From Candidatus Limnocylindrus sp. (lineage in GTDB: Bacteria; Chloroflexota; Limnocylindria; Limnocylindrales; Limnocylindraceae), in NCBI GenBank assembly GCA_044343985.1, contig JBIJDR010000003.1, positions 1 through 42,851 on the forward strand: DNA of 42,851 nt, read 5' to 3'. The position numbers were made by a program, and so were the translations under genes. The notes under the pieces were generated by a model, which saw only the letters and a list, made by a program, of their open reading frames with translations, ran no database searches and had not been told where the DNA came from. Shown here in pieces: positions 41,414 through 42,851 of this stretch. Within the stretch, counting starts at the first letter, position 1; each line of letters starts with the position of its first letter.

Positions 41414-41514
41414 GGCGTTATTCTAGGCGTGCAGCCTTCCAGATGACCAGAGAATTAACTGCGCGAACATCGCGCGGTGACTTGGCAGTTACATGGGCGC
41501 CGTACGCTCGCTGC

Positions 41515-41772
41515 ATGAACCACCAGATGCACCAGGGTGAGCGGACGGCGGAGCGACTAGCCGCCTCAAAAACCGCGCCACTTTGGGGCGAGGAGGAGGC
41601 ACGATCCCTTCTCGCCGATGCTGAACGTTGGGCTCATCAGTGGGCGATTGACTCAGCCGATGAGCACGCCGCGCTGGAGGCCCCTACCGACCACCGGAGT
41701 GACGTGCTCATCGGCCTCGTCGTCCTGGTCCTGCTTAGCGTGATCTTCTTCATTGGGCTGACGCGCATCTAG
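41515..41772 (+). CDS. Hypothetical 85-aa protein with C-terminal TM anchor
   Basis: ATG41515 lies 6 nt after TACGCT; ends LIGLVVLVLLSVIFFIGL; hairpin CTGACGCGC/GCGCGTCAG spans the stop. Confidence 0.65.
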   Translation: MNHQMHQGERTAERLAASKTAPLWGEEEARSLLADAERWAHQWAIDSADEHAALEAPTDHRSDVLIGLVVLVLLSVIFFIGLTRI

Positions 41773-41829
41773 CGCGTCAGAGACCGAGCCCCACACTTTC
41801 GTCGGGGATCTCTTCTAGGAGACGCAACC

Positions 41830-42501
41830 TTAGTCGGCGTTCGTTTCGCTCGGAGCTACGGCGCCATCCGGCCAGGCGGCAATGCAGACCTTGTTGCCAG
41901 AACGGTCCGCAAGGATCCAGTAGGACGGCGCATGCGACGCGTCAACGATGACGCCCCCGGCCGCCACCGCTGCGGCGAATCGCCCCTCCGCCTGCTCGCG
42001 CGGCACCGAGACGTCGATATGCATGGCGTGGCGTAGCGGCTTCGCCTCGTCGAGCTCTTGCATCCAGACGGTGGAGCTATTGCCGAGCGGATCGATCGCG
42101 TTGTCACTCTGCATCGGCGCATAGCCGAGTACCGCACGCCAGAAGCCCAGGTCGATCGCGTCAGGCTTCGCCGAGATCGCAACCTGCACCTCGTTCACCA
42201 CACTCCGGTCAGCCACGGCACCGCGTGCCTTCGCCACCACCGAAACCGCACGCGCAAGTTCAATGTGTGACTGCTCAATAATCAACTGGTCACGCGTCAG
42301 CCGAACCGTGACTTGGCTAGAGAGCAGGTTGATCTGCGCGTGGGTGCCATCAAGGCCAGGCACCGCAGCGATCGCTTGGGCAAGGGCTGCAGCATCGGCA
42401 AGCGACGAGGTGCGATAGACCGCCGTTGGCCCGCCATGCAGCACGGCCCACTCCTCAATGCCCGATGCGGCAAGAAACGCGCGCCAACCTGATTCACTCA
42501 C
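41830..42501 (-). CDS. Pterin-carbinolamine-dehydratase-like / VOC (glyoxalase) fusion protein
   Basis: FWRAVLGY, MHIDVSVP, R..AAVAAGG, WILAD..GNKVCI in the C-terminal domain; PCD-like N-terminal domain. Confidence 0.75.
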   Translation of the reverse strand: MSESGWRAFLAASGIEEWAVLHGGPTAVYRTSSLADAAALAQAIAAVPGLDGTHAQINLLSSQVTVRLTRDQLIIEQSHIELARAVSVVAKARGAVADRSVVNEVQVAISAKPDAIDLGFWRAVLGYAPMQSDNAIDPLGNSSTVWMQELDEAKPLRHAMHIDVSVPREQAEGRFAAAVAAGGVIVDASHAPSYWILADRSGNKVCIAAWPDGAVAPSETNAD

Positions 42502-42570
42502 TCGGATGCCAACCTTTCTGCGGCGATCCTTCCAAGGATGCGCCGGTACTCAATGGAGTGAGACTCAGGG

Positions 42571-42849
42571 CTACCCCTCTATGCCGTCGATGACGATGCA
42601 GTTTGGTGTAGCCCAGGCATCCTGCTTGAAGTAGTCCTTCCCCTTTAGTGACTCAATGAGCGCACGCGCGGCGTCAAGCTGCGCTGTGATCGTGGGGAGC
42701 GCCGCTGGGCTCGTGTATTCGCCGAACGGGCAGTAGTGCGTTGGCACGCCGCCGCCCACCAGGTATCCAAGCTCAACGAGCCCAAGTCCGGTGTTGCAGA
42801 GGGCGTCGTTGCCGAACTTTTCCTTTGAGTAGAAGCATTCGTAGTCACT
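42571..42849 (-). CDS. C-terminal part of a hypothetical Cys-containing protein (runs off window end)
   Basis: Frame open to the window edge: SDYECFYSKEKFGNDALCNTG...HYCPFGEY...PNCIVIDGIEG. Confidence 0.6.
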   Translation of the reverse strand, partial: SDYECFYSKEKFGNDALCNTGLGLVELGYLVGGGVPTHYCPFGEYTSPAALPTITAQLDAARALIESLKGKDYFKQDAWATPNCIVIDGIEG

Positions 42850-42851
42850 GA

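Overview
High-GC, gene-dense bacterial chromosomal window with many ATGA/GTGA start-stop overlaps. I found no rRNA, tRNA, CRISPR array, transposase or integrase. Gene order and protein style suggest a Chloroflexota-like organism, possibly a freshwater Limnocylindria type (inference only). Contents in order: end of a gap-pgk-eno operon; divergent rpsT; a Bacillus-like lepA-hemW-hrcA-grpE-dnaK-dnaJ-prmA-HIT-rpsU-yqeY-ybeY block with two CIRCE elements, interrupted by two ABC-2 exporter modules; pth-mfd-apt; a degenerate MtnA/eIF2B-fold protein and a GNAT; manC and a phosphohexomutase; a cobalamin riboswitch with a BtuFCD-like importer; a GcvT-family protein divergent from two PYROXD2/CrtI-like flavoproteins and a TetR; then an accessory stretch (DUF998-like protein, DEDDh exonuclease, orphan, histone-H1-like protein, CtlX-like amidinotransferase, PCD-VOC fusion). 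Best leads: (1) an MtnA-fold protein that has lost most active-site residues, coupled to a GNAT; (2) a PGK with a ~175-aa basic disordered N-terminal arm starting in a membrane-targeting-like helix, one of several Lys/Ala-rich tails; (3) a GcvT plus tandem flavoprotein module that may be an uncharacterised demethylation system; (4) apparent widespread leaderless transcription, overlapping mini-uORFs and a probable CTG start for prmA. All protein assignments rest on motifs recognised by eye; no database searches were run.
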